This document shows positions 42,642 to 53,723 of a DNA stretch of 64,000 nt, piece after piece. The stretch is from an uncultured bacterium. Lineage in GTDB: Bacteria > Zhuqueibacterota > QNDG01 > DTFT01. The notes beneath the pieces were generated by a model. It was not told the origin of the DNA and did not search any database. It saw only the letters and a program-made list of their open reading frames with translations. Every line of letters starts with the position of its first letter. Within the stretch, counting starts at the first letter, position 1. A program made the translations under genes and the position numbers. The stretch is from the NCBI GenBank assembly GCA_963736115.1, contig CAVTNR010000008.1:1-64000 (forward strand), given 5' to 3'.

Positions 42642-44052
42642 TTTTCGCGGACTCCCTTCTTTTCGCGGGCCATGAGGATGAAATAAACCGGAAGGCCCAG
42701 GCAGACGATGCACAATCCCATGAGCGAATCCCTCGGATCCGAGATGAGTGTGTTCACCACGAAAGCGGCCGCAACCAGAATGAAAGCGGCGGGGACGACC
42801 GGATAGCCCCAGGTCCGCACGGGCCGGGCCGCGTCCGGACGCTTCCGCCTCAGGACGAACACCGCCGATGCGGTCAGGCCGTAGAAAATCCAGGCGGCGA
42901 ATATCACGTAGGTGAACAGCTGGTCAAACCGTCCGGACAGGGTCAGGACGGCAGGCCCAGACCGCCTGCACGAGTATGGACACATGCGGCGTGCGGAAAC
43001 GCGGGTGCACGTCCGCCAGGCGGCTGAAGAAGACGCCGTCCTTTGCCATGGCATAGGTGACACGCGGGCCCGAGAGCACCATGCCGTTCACGGTTCCGAA
43101 TGTCGAGACCAGAACGGCCGCGGATACGATGCCGCCGCCCGCGGGGCCCATGAATGACGGACGCCGCGTCCGCGGCGACCAGGCGGGACGCGGCGATGTC
43201 CCGGAGCGGAAGCGCGTACGCATAGGCCGCGTTGGCCGCGAGATAGAGCGCCAGAACGATGACGCTTCCCGCGGCCAGGGCCAGGGGCACGTTCTTTTTC
43301 GGATCGATCACCTCTCCGGCCATGTAGGTGGTGTTGTTCCAACCGTCGTAGGACCAGAGCGCGGCCACCATGGCGAGACCGAAGGCCTTGAACAGGTCCG
43401 CGCCTCCGACTTCGGGCCACAGAGGACGGAACACGCCTTGCGGGGGTTCGGCAAAAGCGAAAATGGCGATGATGAGACCGACGAGGGCGCCGACCTTCAG
43501 GAAGGTGAACACGTTCTGCACCCAGCCTCCGGCCTTGACTCCGACCGCGTTCACTGCCGAGAGCAGAAGAATGCAGGCGATGGCAACGAGCTTGACGCCG
43601 ATCTCAGGGATCGTCACACCCAGGGGATGAACGGACGCGTGATACGCGGTCTGCAGGCCTGAGGGGACGAAATAACCGACGTACATGGCGAATGCCACGG
43701 CCACGGCCGCGATGGATCCGGCCTTCACGACCAGGAACTCCGTCCACCCGAACAGGAAAGCCGGAAACCGGCCGAAGGCTTCGCGCAGGTAGGCGTACTG
43801 TCCGCCCGCGTCCGGAATCATGCCCCCGAGTTCGGCATAGGACAGGGCGCCGGCCCAGGACAGCAGGCCCGCGACGGTCCACACGAGAACAATGGCGAGA
43901 AAGCCGGGCAATTGACCGGCAATGGTGTTGGGAACGAGGAATATGCCGGACCCCACCACGGAGCCCACGAACACGGCCACCGTGGCCACGGGGCCCAGGG
44001 CGCGGAGTAGGGTGGGGGGAGGCGGATCGGGCCTACGACCGGGAGGGTTCAT
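42638..44052 (-). CDS. APC family amino acid permease (frameshifted near 43150 and 42950)
   Basis: VVGSGIF, YAELG..PDAGGQY, WSYDGW..AGE, RTWGYPVVP over three fragments. Confidence 0.88.
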
Positions 44053-44087
44053 GGCGTATAATATAGGAACTCCGCGGGCATTTTACA

Positions 44088-44131
44088 AGAGCGGACCTCC
44101 AGAAGGTCCCCAACCCTTCGGGAGGTCCGTC
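44088..44131 (+). repeat. REP-like palindrome, left boundary of PorV-like triplet
   Basis: agagcggacctcc...ttcgggaggtccgtc; inverted copy at 47778-47818. Confidence 0.75.
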
Positions 44132-44141
44132 AGTGTAAATG

Positions 44142-45194
44142 TTATTGTTTGAACCGCAGATAGATTCCGAGCCGCGCGGGCGCGGATCTTTCGTCCATGC
44201 ACGAGTAACCGGATTCCAGGACCGCCCCGCCGGCCAAAGATCTGGCGAACCCCAATCCGAAAGTCGGCACTCTTTCTTCGCGCAGGAAGGCGGCACGGAG
44301 TCCGCCTCTGAATTGGATGTGATAGCTTCTTGAAATAGGCGCCCTGTACTCGAATCCCACGTTGACCGCGGACGTGCGAAGGTAATTCCAGGAGTAATAA
44401 TCATCCCAGGAGTTGTAATCAAAATCGAACACAACCGCTTCCACCGCAAGCGTGAACCGCCGGACATCGGAGACGGCAGGGATGAGGGATGCTCCGATCC
44501 GGAACGCCGTGGGCGCATCCAGAAACGTGCCGTAATGCCGGCCGGAACCGGGGATATTACGAATCGGAACAGCCTCCTTGTTGGTCAGGGAAGCGCCGAG
44601 AATGAGGCCTTTCCCGGGACGAGTTGTTTTGGAAAGGTCCTTTTTCATGAGGAGAAGCCCGGCATCCCAGAAATACCCGTGAATCGGTGTCCCGAAATAT
44701 TCAGAGGATACGGCTTTCAGGGTGACGCCAAGTGCCATCCAGGATCCGAAATTCCGGCCGACAGTCACGGAAAAAGTCCAGTCGTTATACATGGGATGAT
44801 TGAACCAATTATCCCAATTCTTCAGATTCATCCTGAAGTAATGAACGCCGGCGGCAACGAATCCCAGTTTTGGAATTGGATGCCCGGTTTGGAACGAAAA
44901 ACGGGTGAGCGGATCCGATGTGATCCGGCCCGACACGGATGTTTCGAAGCGAGCCATCAGTCCCGCATGAGCCGGATTACCGCTCAACGACAACAGGCCG
45001 TTCGGGAGCGCGGATTGGGCGTCTCCCATGGCGTCTGACGGGCCGGAAGGGCCATAGATCAGGTACGGGGCCAACAGAACAAAGGAGGGTCCGGGCTCCG
45101 AGACTGAATCCCCCAGCAGGGGTGGCGAGACGGTCATCAGACTCACAGCAACCGGGAGAGTCCGGATGAAAAACAGGCGGCGGTTTCGCGACAT
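44142..45194 (-). CDS. PorV/PorQ-like outer-membrane barrel, paralog 3
   Basis: AMGDAQSALPNGLLSLSGNPAHA, WDAGLL, FRIGAS, C-terminal GIYLRF. Confidence 0.7.
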   Translation of the reverse strand: MSRNRRLFFIRTLPVAVSLMTVSPPLLGDSVSEPGPSFVLLAPYLIYGPSGPSDAMGDAQSALPNGLLSLSGNPAHAGLMARFETSVSGRITSDPLTRFSFQTGHPIPKLGFVAAGVHYFRMNLKNWDNWFNHPMYNDWTFSVTVGRNFGSWMALGVTLKAVSSEYFGTPIHGYFWDAGLLLMKKDLSKTTRPGKGLILGASLTNKEAVPIRNIPGSGRHYGTFLDAPTAFRIGASLIPAVSDVRRFTLAVEAVVFDFDYNSWDDYYSWNYLRTSAVNVGFEYRAPISRSYHIQFRGGLRAAFLREERVPTFGLGFARSLAGGAVLESGYSCMDERSAPARLGIYLRFKQ

Positions 45195-45318
45195 GGGACC
45201 TCCTCTTCCCGGGATGAAACAGGATCGTCCGGTTTTCCATATTCGTGGCGATCATTCTTTACCGATTGCAGCGCCAGAAAAAGCCTGGAAACCGGGGATT
45301 AGCCGGATCGCAGACAAA

Positions 45319-46316
45319 TTATCGCATGAACCGGAGGTACAGTCCGACCAGTCTGGAATAGGTTGTCTCATCTGCTATGGAACAACCCGCTTCAAATCGG
45401 TTGGCAAGGGAAAAAGCCAGGCCCAGGCTCAGATCGTTCCTTGAGGGGTTGTGCCGGATCCCGGCGCGGATAATGAGGTGTCTGGTGGATCGGATGCGCA
45501 CCCTGTCCTCCAATCCGTAATGGACGGACTTCCCGGCTTGCTCGGGCCGGACGATATCACAGGCAAAGGTCAACCGGTTGGTCTCCGTGACACGGGGATA
45601 AAAGAAAACCCGGTTCGGAGGACGGATGGAATACGATATCGCTGGGTCTCATAATCGTATTCGAATTCTATTTGCTTGATCATGAGATTCGCTTTGCTGA
45701 TTCCGATTTTCAGGCCGTCTTCCGGATTGCCCGTAGACGACCCGATACCGGGCATGAAAAGCAGACCCGCGTCACAGACTGTGCCCTGACCGTCGTCGAA
45801 ATAATCGTCGATCCAGATCCACTTGACCGCCGCGCCGACAGCAACCCACGGCCCGAACCGGCGGGCGAAAGTTGCCGAAAGAATGCGATTGTCCATTGAA
45901 TATGCAGAACACTCATACGAGTCATCTTCATACCAGTCGCCTCCAATATGAGTGAATCCAAGGGATAGAGCGCCGATCCGGGAGTTGTTGACTCCGGTCA
46001 GAATCGATAATACACCAAAGTCGTACCTCAGCATGACTTACACGGCAAGGAAAATTCAAACCTGACGAATCATGGCCGCATGGGCGGGGTTTGATGTCAA
46101 TGACATCAAACCATTCGGAACTGCGGTTTGAGCGTCTCCCATGGCGTTGGCGGGACCGACGATATCTATTTGTGAAGTGACGGGATAAGGGAGTGTCTCA
46201 GTCATTCCGGCGGAGTCTTTCGCGTGCAGCCGGGATTCCGGGAACCCGGAGTGAAAGGTATGGAATAATAACAGGAAAACAGTCATCCGGAACGGGTATC
46301 TATTTTGAATTGTCAT
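45319..46316 (-). CDS. PorV/PorQ-like barrel, paralog 2 (two frameshifts)
   Basis: AMGDAQTAVPNGLMSLTSNPAHA, CDAGLL, GLYLRFMR across three ORF fragments. Confidence 0.65.
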
Positions 46317-46385
46317 GTCCGTTATCCTTTCATGGATGGATATTTTCGATGGGAACCGGAGCCGTGGAGCCCCGGGCCACGGCGC

Positions 46386-47402
46386 TCACCGGTAGAGCCG
46401 CAGGTAAAGGCCGTGCCGGTCCGGCGTTAAGGATTCCTCCATCCATGAATACCCCGCTTCGCAACGGGTACTTTTACGCCTGGAGGACCAGAACAGTCCC
46501 AGGCCGGCGGTCATCTCGTTCCCGTATGACCGGGTCCGCACGCCGGTACGGACCGCGATTCCCGTCGATCCGCGGACACGTATTCTGTCTTCGGCTCCGA
46601 AATTATAGGACTCGTAATCATCTTTGGGATGCACGGCGTCAAAGGCGAGGGTCAGGCGGTTGGACGTCCGTTGCGACCGGTACGACGGAGAGGCCGACGC
46701 GGAGGACCGAGGGGAAATCAATGGAAGGGTAATAATCCCACAACTCATTGATCATATAATCCAACTCATTGTGCACACGACCCAAGCCTCCGATTGGCCA
46801 GACTGGCGCCTATTTTGAGGCCGTCTTCCCGTTTCCGTTTTCCCGTGCGGGACAGGATATTCGGAAGCATGAGGACTCCGGCGTCCCATGCCGCGCCACG
46901 TGTGTCTGCTCCGGGATCGTCGATCCAAATTCCTTTCAATGAAATTCCTGCGGCGATGCACCTTCCGAACATGCGGCCGTACGTGAGGGACGCTGACCAA
47001 TCATTGTAATATTGATGCAGGTCTCCGGACACTGTAAGGCCCAGGGCCAGACCGCCCAGACGGGGAACCCCATATCCGGTTCTCAGCATCAGCGTTCGAT
47101 CCAGGTCGTTCACCAACTGGCCGGCTGTACAAGCCTCGAGTCCACCGATCAAGGCCGCATGCGCCGGATTGCCGTCCAAGGTCATCAGACCGTAAGGGAC
47201 CGCGGCTTGCGCGTCGGCCATGGCTTCGGTCGGGCCTCCGATTCCCTCGGTCAGAAAATGGCCGATTGTCCAGCCGGTCTTGAATATTTTTGGCACATAT
47301 TCCGACTCCGTTCCGAAGAGCCGCCGGAAAGGCAGTGCTGTCAGGCAGAGGATGGCAGAGGAAAAGCAGTTGTTTACGGGGATGAAACGGGGTTCGAGCA
47401 TG
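46386..47402 (-). CDS. PorV/PorQ-like barrel, paralog 1 (frameshift)
   Basis: AMADAQAAVPYGLMTLDGNPAHA, WDAGVL, GLYLRLYR across two fragments; RBS ggagg. Confidence 0.65.
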
Positions 47403-47587
47403 GCGCCCTCCTCTGGTGATGGATGGTTCCGGACACCGCAGTCCGTCCTCCGATCTGTCGGGGACGAACGGCGTAAACCTGAAGCGTGAAAGTCAGAACG
47501 CATCGGGTCCGTTACCAAAGGGCGCGGCAATCCTCCCCGCCTGGCGGCGTTATCGGATCGGAGAATACGGATTTGAAAGAAGGGCAC

Positions 47588-47769
47588 AAAAAAGCCCAAT
47601 CCTTCAAAGGATCGGGTCCGGCGGGATTTCGTTCACGATTCGGCGCATCCCTTCCCTGAAGGGGCGGATGCGGATGACAGTGTCACCGGACCGTTAACGA
47701 AAAAGTATGAGGAACTCCTGATTGAGAAAGACGATGCAGTAATATAATATCGATATGCATACTTGTCAA
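47588..47769 (-). promoter_or_regulatory. Sigma70 promoter plus structured leader ending in an intrinsic terminator
   Basis: TTGACA(47769-64)-17 bp-TATATT; leader ends cccgatcctt-tg-aaggattggg plus a U run. Confidence 0.65.
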
Positions 47770-47777
47770 GGAATAAA

Positions 47778-47818
47778 GACGGACCTCCCGAAGGCCCCAC
47801 CTCCGGAAGGTCCGCTCT
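47778..47818 (-). repeat. REP-like palindrome, right boundary of PorV-like triplet
   Basis: Inverted relative to 44088-44131. Confidence 0.75.
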
Positions 47819-48153
47819 GCCCGACCTAAAGCCTGATTTTTATCTATATCAAGCCCCGGAAAAAAATTCCCTGTAAAATCAAAATTTTTCTAAAAACACT
47901 TGCTTTTTATTTTTAAACTATATATATTAATACCAACAAACACAACTGTACACCGTTGTTTTGCATGAGCGTCTGTAAGATCGGTTGAGCGGTCATCAAT
48001 TTGCACCGTATTACATCGTCAACAGAGTCAGCCCCATCGCAACACGGAAAGATCAGTGTCGCGATTTTTCATTTATAGGGGTCAGCGGGCAACCGGTTAC
48101 AGGATCGCCTCTGCCGAATGCAGAGAAAAGAACAAGTTGAAAGGAACAGGTCC

Positions 48154-48354
48154 ATGGAAAAGGGAACCGTTAAGTGGTTCAACCGGACCAAAGGCTATGG
48201 TTTCATCAAGCGCGCCGAGGGCGAGGACGTTTTCGTCCATTTTAAAGCCATCGTGGGCGACGGATTCAAGGAGCTCCATGAAGGAGACACCGTTGAATTC
48301 GACGTTGAAAAAGGCCCCAAGGGTCTCCAGGCCGCCAACGTGCGCGTAGTGTAA
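48154..48354 (+). CDS. Cold-shock protein (CspA family)
   Basis: [29 protein letters not shown]. Confidence 0.96.
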   Translation: MEKGTVKWFNRTKGYGFIKRAEGEDVFVHFKAIVGDGFKELHEGDTVEFDVEKGPKGLQAANVRVV

Positions 48355-48372
48355 CGACTGCCCGCAAACTCC

Positions 48373-48409
48373 ATCCCGGTTCCGCGCAAGCGGGACCGGG
48401 ATTTTTTTT
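48373..48409 (+). terminator. Intrinsic terminator of csp
   Basis: atcccggttccgc-gcaa-gcgggaccgggat plus T run. Confidence 0.85.
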
Positions 48410-48446
48410 GCCCATACAAAAATTCGACCCCGGGATCGGATTCCAT

Positions 48447-48488
48447 GAAAAAAAACGGTAACCTTCTCTGAGAAGGTTACCGTTTTTT
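48447..48488. terminator. Bidirectional palindromic terminator
   Basis: A run-cggtaaccttct-ctg-agaaggttaccg-T run between convergent genes. Confidence 0.75.
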
Positions 48489-48495
48489 ATAAGGT

Positions 48496-48639
48496 CGTCA
48501 TTGCGAGGAGCCCTGCCCAGGAACAAGTCCGGGGCAGGGCGACGCGGCAATCTCCCATTAAGCCGGATCAATATGGGATTGCTTCGCCCCGCCTTTTGGG
48601 CTTGACCCGGGCCTGATCAGTGGCGGGGCTCGCAAAGAC
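48496..48639. repeat. Inverted pair of CGTC-type REPs
   Basis: cgtcattgcgaggag...gacgcggcaatctc and gggattgcttcg...ctcgcaaagac. Confidence 0.75.
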
Positions 48640-48675
48640 AGAGTCACAACCCACTCGTAAACCGAGCTCCTGTAC

Positions 48676-49154
48676 TTATTCCTTCGATATCTCCTCCGCA
48701 AACCGCGAGATAGCGGCCTCATCGATATTCGACACCGACTTGTCCGTCTTGGCGATTTTCTTGACGATCGCTTTTGTGACAAAATTCATCTTCTCGAAAT
48801 TGAACCCGCCGCCGAACAACCCGACAGCCGAGGCCTTTTGACGGACGTCTTCCGGGAACACGGCGTCGAATTCCTTCCGCGCGTTTTCCCGGTTTCCATG
48901 CAGCTGATGAAAAGGCCGAACTTTTTCCCGAGCAGGACGTCCCGGTTGGCGTCGATGAACCTGCGGACCGTGCCCTGGATGCGGCCTGCGTGTATCGATC
49001 CGCCGATCACGATACGGTCATAGGAGGCGAGGTCCATGCGGGGCTTGTCCTTCAGGTTGAACCGGTGGACTTCGCCGTTCAGTTTTGCCGCGAGTTTTCC
49101 GGCGCATGTTTCGGCGCAACCGTGCGTGGACGCGAAGACGATGGCGGTTTTCAT
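48676..49154 (-). CDS. Flavodoxin-domain protein (HemG-like), one frameshift
   Basis: IVFASTHGCAE, IVIGGSIHAGRI, FGGGFNFEKMNF. Confidence 0.85.
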
Positions 49155-49555
49155 CTTTCTGTCTCCTTCCCGGCAGACGAATCGGCCTGGGACCGCGATT
49201 GGACAAGGGCCGCTTCAACCGCGTTCATGATGACATTGCTGGTGTTCGTGGCGCCGGATACCGCGTCCACTGAAGTCGATTGCTTCTCCACGATCCGGGC
49301 CGGAATGACCGCGTCCGCCTTGTGGCCTTTCCATGCATCGCTTTCAAGGAGCTTGACCTGGGTGATATTCTGATCGCGGATGGTCACTTCAACAACGGCC
49401 TTGTTCGGCCCGGCTTTGGATTCGCCGCGGAAAACGCCGTCCGCCAGACGCGATCCGTCCACCGGGCCTCCGGTCACAACAGCGCTCTTGCATCCAAGCA
49501 TGAGAGTGGATAGGACGGACAGAACACACGCTGAAACGAGTATTTTACGGCCCAT
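49151..49555 (-). CDS. FMN-binding lipoprotein
   Basis: Lipobox MLGC, LADGVFRG, VDAVSGATNTS flavinylation motif. Confidence 0.9.
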   Translation of the reverse strand: MGRKILVSACVLSVLSTLMLGCKSAVVTGGPVDGSRLADGVFRGESKAGPNKAVVEVTIRDQNITQVKLLESDAWKGHKADAVIPARIVEKQSTSVDAVSGATNTSNVIMNAVEAALVQSRSQADSSAGKETER

Positions 49556-49692
49556 TTATGTGACTCCCTGTTTTTATTGAGTTTTATCAAGTCTCCTAAG
49601 ATAATACGAAATCAGGTTTTAAAGGTTACGCTGGAAGTATCAAAAAAAGAACTTGACTCCAGGCAACTTTTTTACTTAATTACGGTAAACAA

Positions 49693-49707
49693 GTTTGTAA
49701 TGCAAAC
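49693..49707. promoter_or_regulatory. Palindromic operator, possibly for the downstream winged-helix regulator
   Basis: GTTTG-TAATG-CAAAC just upstream of the 49745 gene. Confidence 0.45.
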
Positions 49708-49744
49708 CAAAAATGATTGTCCGATACCAGTCAAGGAGAATGGC

Positions 49745-50342
49745 ATGAACACGCAACCGGACCTGAAAACCATCCGGCGCAGGGCCTATCTGGCCAACCA
49801 TGAGGATGGCCTCATCGAGATCGGGCTGGGAACGGTCTTTCTTCTGTTCGGTCTGATCCAATGGCTGGGCAGGCCACAACTGGGCGGTGTCTGCTGGATG
49901 CCGGCCCTGCTCATCGCGCCCATGAAGCGGATGATCACAGCGCCCAGAATCGGCACGGTCCGGTTCGGCGCCAGAGGGGAGCTTTTCACGGTCAAGCTGG
50001 CCCTCATCCTGTTCGTTCTGGCCGTGGTCGGTTTCATCATCGCGGTCTCTCTCCTGCATTCCGAAACACTCGATGCATGGACGCGCAGGTACTTCGCGAT
50101 CTGCCTTCGGCTTTTCACTTGCCCTGGTTCCGCTCGCCGGTGCGATCGGGCTCGGTGTCCGGCGATACTACGGATACGCGGTCCTCATGGTCGCGTGCTT
50201 TTCTCTGCTCAGCGTGTGGCGGGAGGGACTGGCCGCGGTTTTTCTCGTGATCGGAAGCGTTGTCACGTTCACGGGAATTTTTGTGCTGATCCGATTTCTG
50301 CGGAACAACCCGGTCCGCGAAACGGAGGAACCTCATGGCTGA
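49745..50342 (+). CDS. Multi-pass membrane hypothetical protein (frameshift near 50105)
   Basis: EDGLIEIGLG...ITAPRIG, hydrophobic helices, C-terminal RFLRNNP; overlaps the regulator start. Confidence 0.7.
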
Positions 50343-50652
50343 ACCCGTGAAGAAGGAAAGGCCGGTGAAAGGCGCGGAACTGGACCGTCTCATTCATGAA
50401 CCGAGCCGGTATCACATCATGGCCGTGCTGACCGTCGCGGCGAGCGCGGACTTTCTCTTCCTCGAGCGCCAGACGGGATTGACACGGGGAAACCTCTCGT
50501 CGCACCTGAGCAAGCTGGAAGCGGCTGGCTATATCCAGATCGACAAGGAATTCGCGGACAAAAAGCCGCATACCATGCTGGCATTGACCAAAGAGGGGAC
50601 GAAGGCCTTCGAGGAGTACCGTAAGCGGATGAAGGAGATGCTGGATGTGTGA
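50335..50652 (+). CDS. Winged-helix transcriptional regulator (MarR/ArsR-like)
   Basis: LDRLIHEPSR..LTRGNLSSHLSKLEAAGYI...LTKEG. Confidence 0.92.
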   Translation: MAEPVKKERPVKGAELDRLIHEPSRYHIMAVLTVAASADFLFLERQTGLTRGNLSSHLSKLEAAGYIQIDKEFADKKPHTMLALTKEGTKAFEEYRKRMKEMLDV

Positions 50653-50677
50653 GGATGCGGATCCCGGCCGTCACGGT

Positions 50678-50896
50678 ATGCCGGGATCTGAAAGGATTTT
50701 GAGCCGCAGGCAGGCGGAACGTCTTTTCAATCGCGCGGCACCGGTTTTATCCGGGCTGGAACAGGATGCCGGTATATTGACGATACGGCTGGTTTTCGGG
50801 AATGGGCAGGTGCTGTGTCTCCATTACGACACCCGGACCCATCGGAAGAAATACGAGTGGACGAAGAGATCGTCCTGTTGCGTAACGTCAGGATAA
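50678..50896 (+). CDS. Small hypothetical protein
   Basis: Fills the gap between the regulator and the terminator; no recognised motif. Confidence 0.35.
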   Translation: MPGSERILSRRQAERLFNRAAPVLSGLEQDAGILTIRLVFGNGQVLCLHYDTRTHRKKYEWTKRSSCCVTSG

Positions 50897-50898
50897 CG

Positions 50899-50933
50899 AA
50901 AGAAGGGAACTTCTTAAAAGGTCCCTTCTTTTA
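50899..50933. terminator. Bidirectional terminator
   Basis: aaagaaggga...tcccttctttt between convergent genes. Confidence 0.65.
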
Positions 50934-50936
50934 ACG

Positions 50937-53654
50937 TTAATGCAGTGTCACTCCGAGATTCACGATCGGGGTGAACCCCAGCATGGGAATGTCGCGTGGA
51001 ACGGCCGGAACGACCTGGCCTTGCTGTGCGGCCCACCAATCGAATGAATAGTCACGATAGAGGACATTTTTCCGGTCGAAAATGTTCAACAGTGACATGC
51101 CGAATTCCCAGTTCAGCATGAGAAAATTATTGAACCGTCTGGTGATCTGAAAATCAACCCTTTGATACGATGGGAGCCGGGAACTGTTGATCAGACCCCT
51201 TTCAACGATAGAATGGTACTCGCCATACCATGCTGAGTATTCGGGTGTATAGGGTTTGCCGGACGCAAAGCAACCGCTAATCGAGAATCGGATCGATGCG
51301 AGTTCGAATGCCGCGACTCCCTTGAGTTCGTGCGTCCGGTCTTCATCTGCAGGCATGGGACCGCCCGAGTACCCGTCAAAAGAACTTAGGCGGGAATCCA
51401 GCGTGTATTCAGAACGGTTCAGACGGTAGGATATCCAGCCGGTGATAACTCCGTCCTTTTTTTGCGCTGTCCAGGAAAAACCCTTTGCCACGCCGGATCC
51501 TGGATAACCCCCAATCCGGTCTTGAGGCCAGAACTGCGGGTAGGACTTGCGATACCCTTCCATTGACAGGCCCCATACTTCCGTTTCGTATCGAATATCC
51601 AGGATCACATGCCTGTGAGCGTTCAACATATAGTACTCATCCATTGTTTCGAACCGCATCCAGTAGGCGAGATTCGGTCGCAGATACAGGGACAGGTAAT
51701 CTTCATTCCTTATAAACTGATGATATTCCCCGAAGGAGATGCCTGTTTTTAGCCGACTGTGGATGATGCCGTTGATCGATAGGCGCGGTTCGAGAAAGAA
51801 GTGACGCTCACTTCCCCAGCTTACCGGTTGGTACGAGGTGATGGAGTCCGTGCGGTATCCGGGGCCTCCGCGGTATCTAAATTCGGAGAATATCCCCCTT
51901 AAACCCAAATTTACGGAAAATAAGGGAGTGGGTGTCCAGCGGTTCTGAATGTAGGCGATTTTATTGATGACGCCATCGAGCGACTTTTGTTTCTCCTCGA
52001 CTAACTGATCCAGAATATTATAATTATATTCGCGCCACAGGACGTCGTTTTGCGTGAAGTTCAGTCCGTATTCGATATTGATTTTGTCGAAATGAAGTCG
52101 ATTGCCGAGCTTGAATGTCCATTCTTTCAGACGGTAGCGAGTCGCATGATTGCGCCACAGATACGAAATGGAATCCCCGTTCCGGGTGCCCCTCTCCTCA
52201 ATCCAATTGGGATGGAAGTCCGAATATGTCGCGGAGAAAGCTGATGTGTGCGAGAGATTCCACTCATGATGCCATTTTGCGGAAATGCCCCAATTCTTCA
52301 GTCGTTCCCAGCCACCGTTGAAATGATGGCCCGCTGAATCGTCGTAAACAGCAACGGTTCTGTCTTTCTCCTGCTTATAGTAAAAGGTGGATGAAAACCG
52401 GTCGAATGTGGAGCCTGAATAGGATATTCTAGCCGCGAAATCCGAGAATGAATACCTGCGCTTCGCAGGTGTGTCCACAGGGCGGTCGTTGATCCACATG
52501 CTGTAATTTGAGCGGTGGAGTCCCTTGACCATCAGAAAATCATCGATATCACCATAATATTTTCCGGTGATTATATTGTCATGCGATTTTCTTGCCCCAG
52601 TGAACAAGCGGAGTTTTTTCGTCAAGGGCCATTCCACAAAGGCGTTTGCGTGGAACGGGTCAGCGCCAATGCCGGCGTTGAATCGGCACTCCGGAACCGT
52701 ATTGCCGGTAAGTTCGATGATGCCGCCGGCCTGCTCCCCGTATGGGGCCGGATATCCGCCTTTCCAGACGGTCACTTTCTCGATCATGCGTGGATGCAGA
52801 GGTCCCAGCCATCCGTAGTACGTGCCCGTCTTGCGGATAGGGATGTCATCCAGGAGAAGGATGTTCTCATTATCCGTGCCGCCGTAGAAGCCGATTCTCG
52901 ACGCATGGTCGTAAGCAGCGCTGACTCCGGGTAGAAGCTGAAGCGAGCGGCCGAATGCGCCTGCCTCCGGAGAGGGGATGTAATCCAATTTCCGGGGAGA
53001 AAAGACGATTGCCTCTGTTCTGATGGAAAGTCCGGATTCCGCGAAACGTTCCGCTTCAACAAAAACGGATTCCGTTTCTATCGGTGTTTCGCGCATGGAA
53101 ATACGGAGTGAATCCCTGTCTGATAAGGATCGAAGCCGGATCTGCTCCGGGTGATACCCGATGTAGCTGACACGTATGGTGCAGGAGTCCGGATGGCTGT
53201 TCCGGAGAACGAAAGACCCGTCCGTGTCCGATGTCGTACCGGTGGCAGTCCCCTCCTGCACGATATTGGCGAAAGGCAGGCCGTTGCCGCTGGAAGCATC
53301 CACCACCCAGCCCCGTATCAGGCGTTCCGCGGTTCTGGCGTCATATAAAACGACGGGACCGGAGCGAATCCGCTTGAACGAGATTGAGAGGGGGGAAAGA
53401 ATGCGTTCCAGCGCCTGATCCAATGATAGGCACTCCAAGGAACAGGTGACGGTGCGGCCCTCGACCAGGTCGTCCTGGAATACGAACCCCATTCCGCTTT
53501 GGTCCGAAACGGCCTTCAACACATTCCGGAGCGGTTCCCGCTCGTAGTGTAGTGTCAGATTTCCGGGTTGCGGACTGGCGGGAAGTAGACTCCACGCAGG
53601 ATTATGCGCAAACAGCACCAGACTGATCACGAGCAGGCGGAAAAACCGGTTCAC
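50937..53654 (-). CDS. TonB-dependent receptor with STN signalling and carboxypeptidase-like domains
   Basis: EPLRNVLKAVS (STN), GTTSDTDGSF..VSYIGY, plug LLPGV..KGGYPAPYG, RLPSYQRVD, NIFDRKN. Confidence 0.9.
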   Translation of the reverse strand: MNRFFRLLVISLVLFAHNPAWSLLPASPQPGNLTLHYEREPLRNVLKAVSDQSGMGFVFQDDLVEGRTVTCSLECLSLDQALERILSPLSISFKRIRSGPVVLYDARTAERLIRGWVVDASSGNGLPFANIVQEGTATGTTSDTDGSFVLRNSHPDSCTIRVSYIGYHPEQIRLRSLSDRDSLRISMRETPIETESVFVEAERFAESGLSIRTEAIVFSPRKLDYIPSPEAGAFGRSLQLLPGVSAAYDHASRIGFYGGTDNENILLLDDIPIRKTGTYYGWLGPLHPRMIEKVTVWKGGYPAPYGEQAGGIIELTGNTVPECRFNAGIGADPFHANAFVEWPLTKKLRLFTGARKSHDNIITGKYYGDIDDFLMVKGLHRSNYSMWINDRPVDTPAKRRYSFSDFAARISYSGSTFDRFSSTFYYKQEKDRTVAVYDDSAGHHFNGGWERLKNWGISAKWHHEWNLSHTSAFSATYSDFHPNWIEERGTRNGDSISYLWRNHATRYRLKEWTFKLGNRLHFDKINIEYGLNFTQNDVLWREYNYNILDQLVEEKQKSLDGVINKIAYIQNRWTPTPLFSVNLGLRGIFSEFRYRGGPGYRTDSITSYQPVSWGSERHFFLEPRLSINGIIHSRLKTGISFGEYHQFIRNEDYLSLYLRPNLAYWMRFETMDEYYMLNAHRHVILDIRYETEVWGLSMEGYRKSYPQFWPQDRIGGYPGSGVAKGFSWTAQKKDGVITGWISYRLNRSEYTLDSRLSSFDGYSGGPMPADEDRTHELKGVAAFELASIRFSISGCFASGKPYTPEYSAWYGEYHSIVERGLINSSRLPSYQRVDFQITRRFNNFLMLNWEFGMSLLNIFDRKNVLYRDYSFDWWAAQQGQVVPAVPRDIPMLGFTPIVNLGVTLH

Positions 53655-53723
53655 GAATGCCCTCCAAATTCATCTGTTGTTTTTTATCTTCCTGTCGAAC
53701 TGAACGCGGAGCCGAATGCGACC

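Noticed and set aside
47930-48153. Novel ncRNA upstream of csp
   Set aside because: A long 5' UTR is typical of cspA-family genes; nothing further could be supported.
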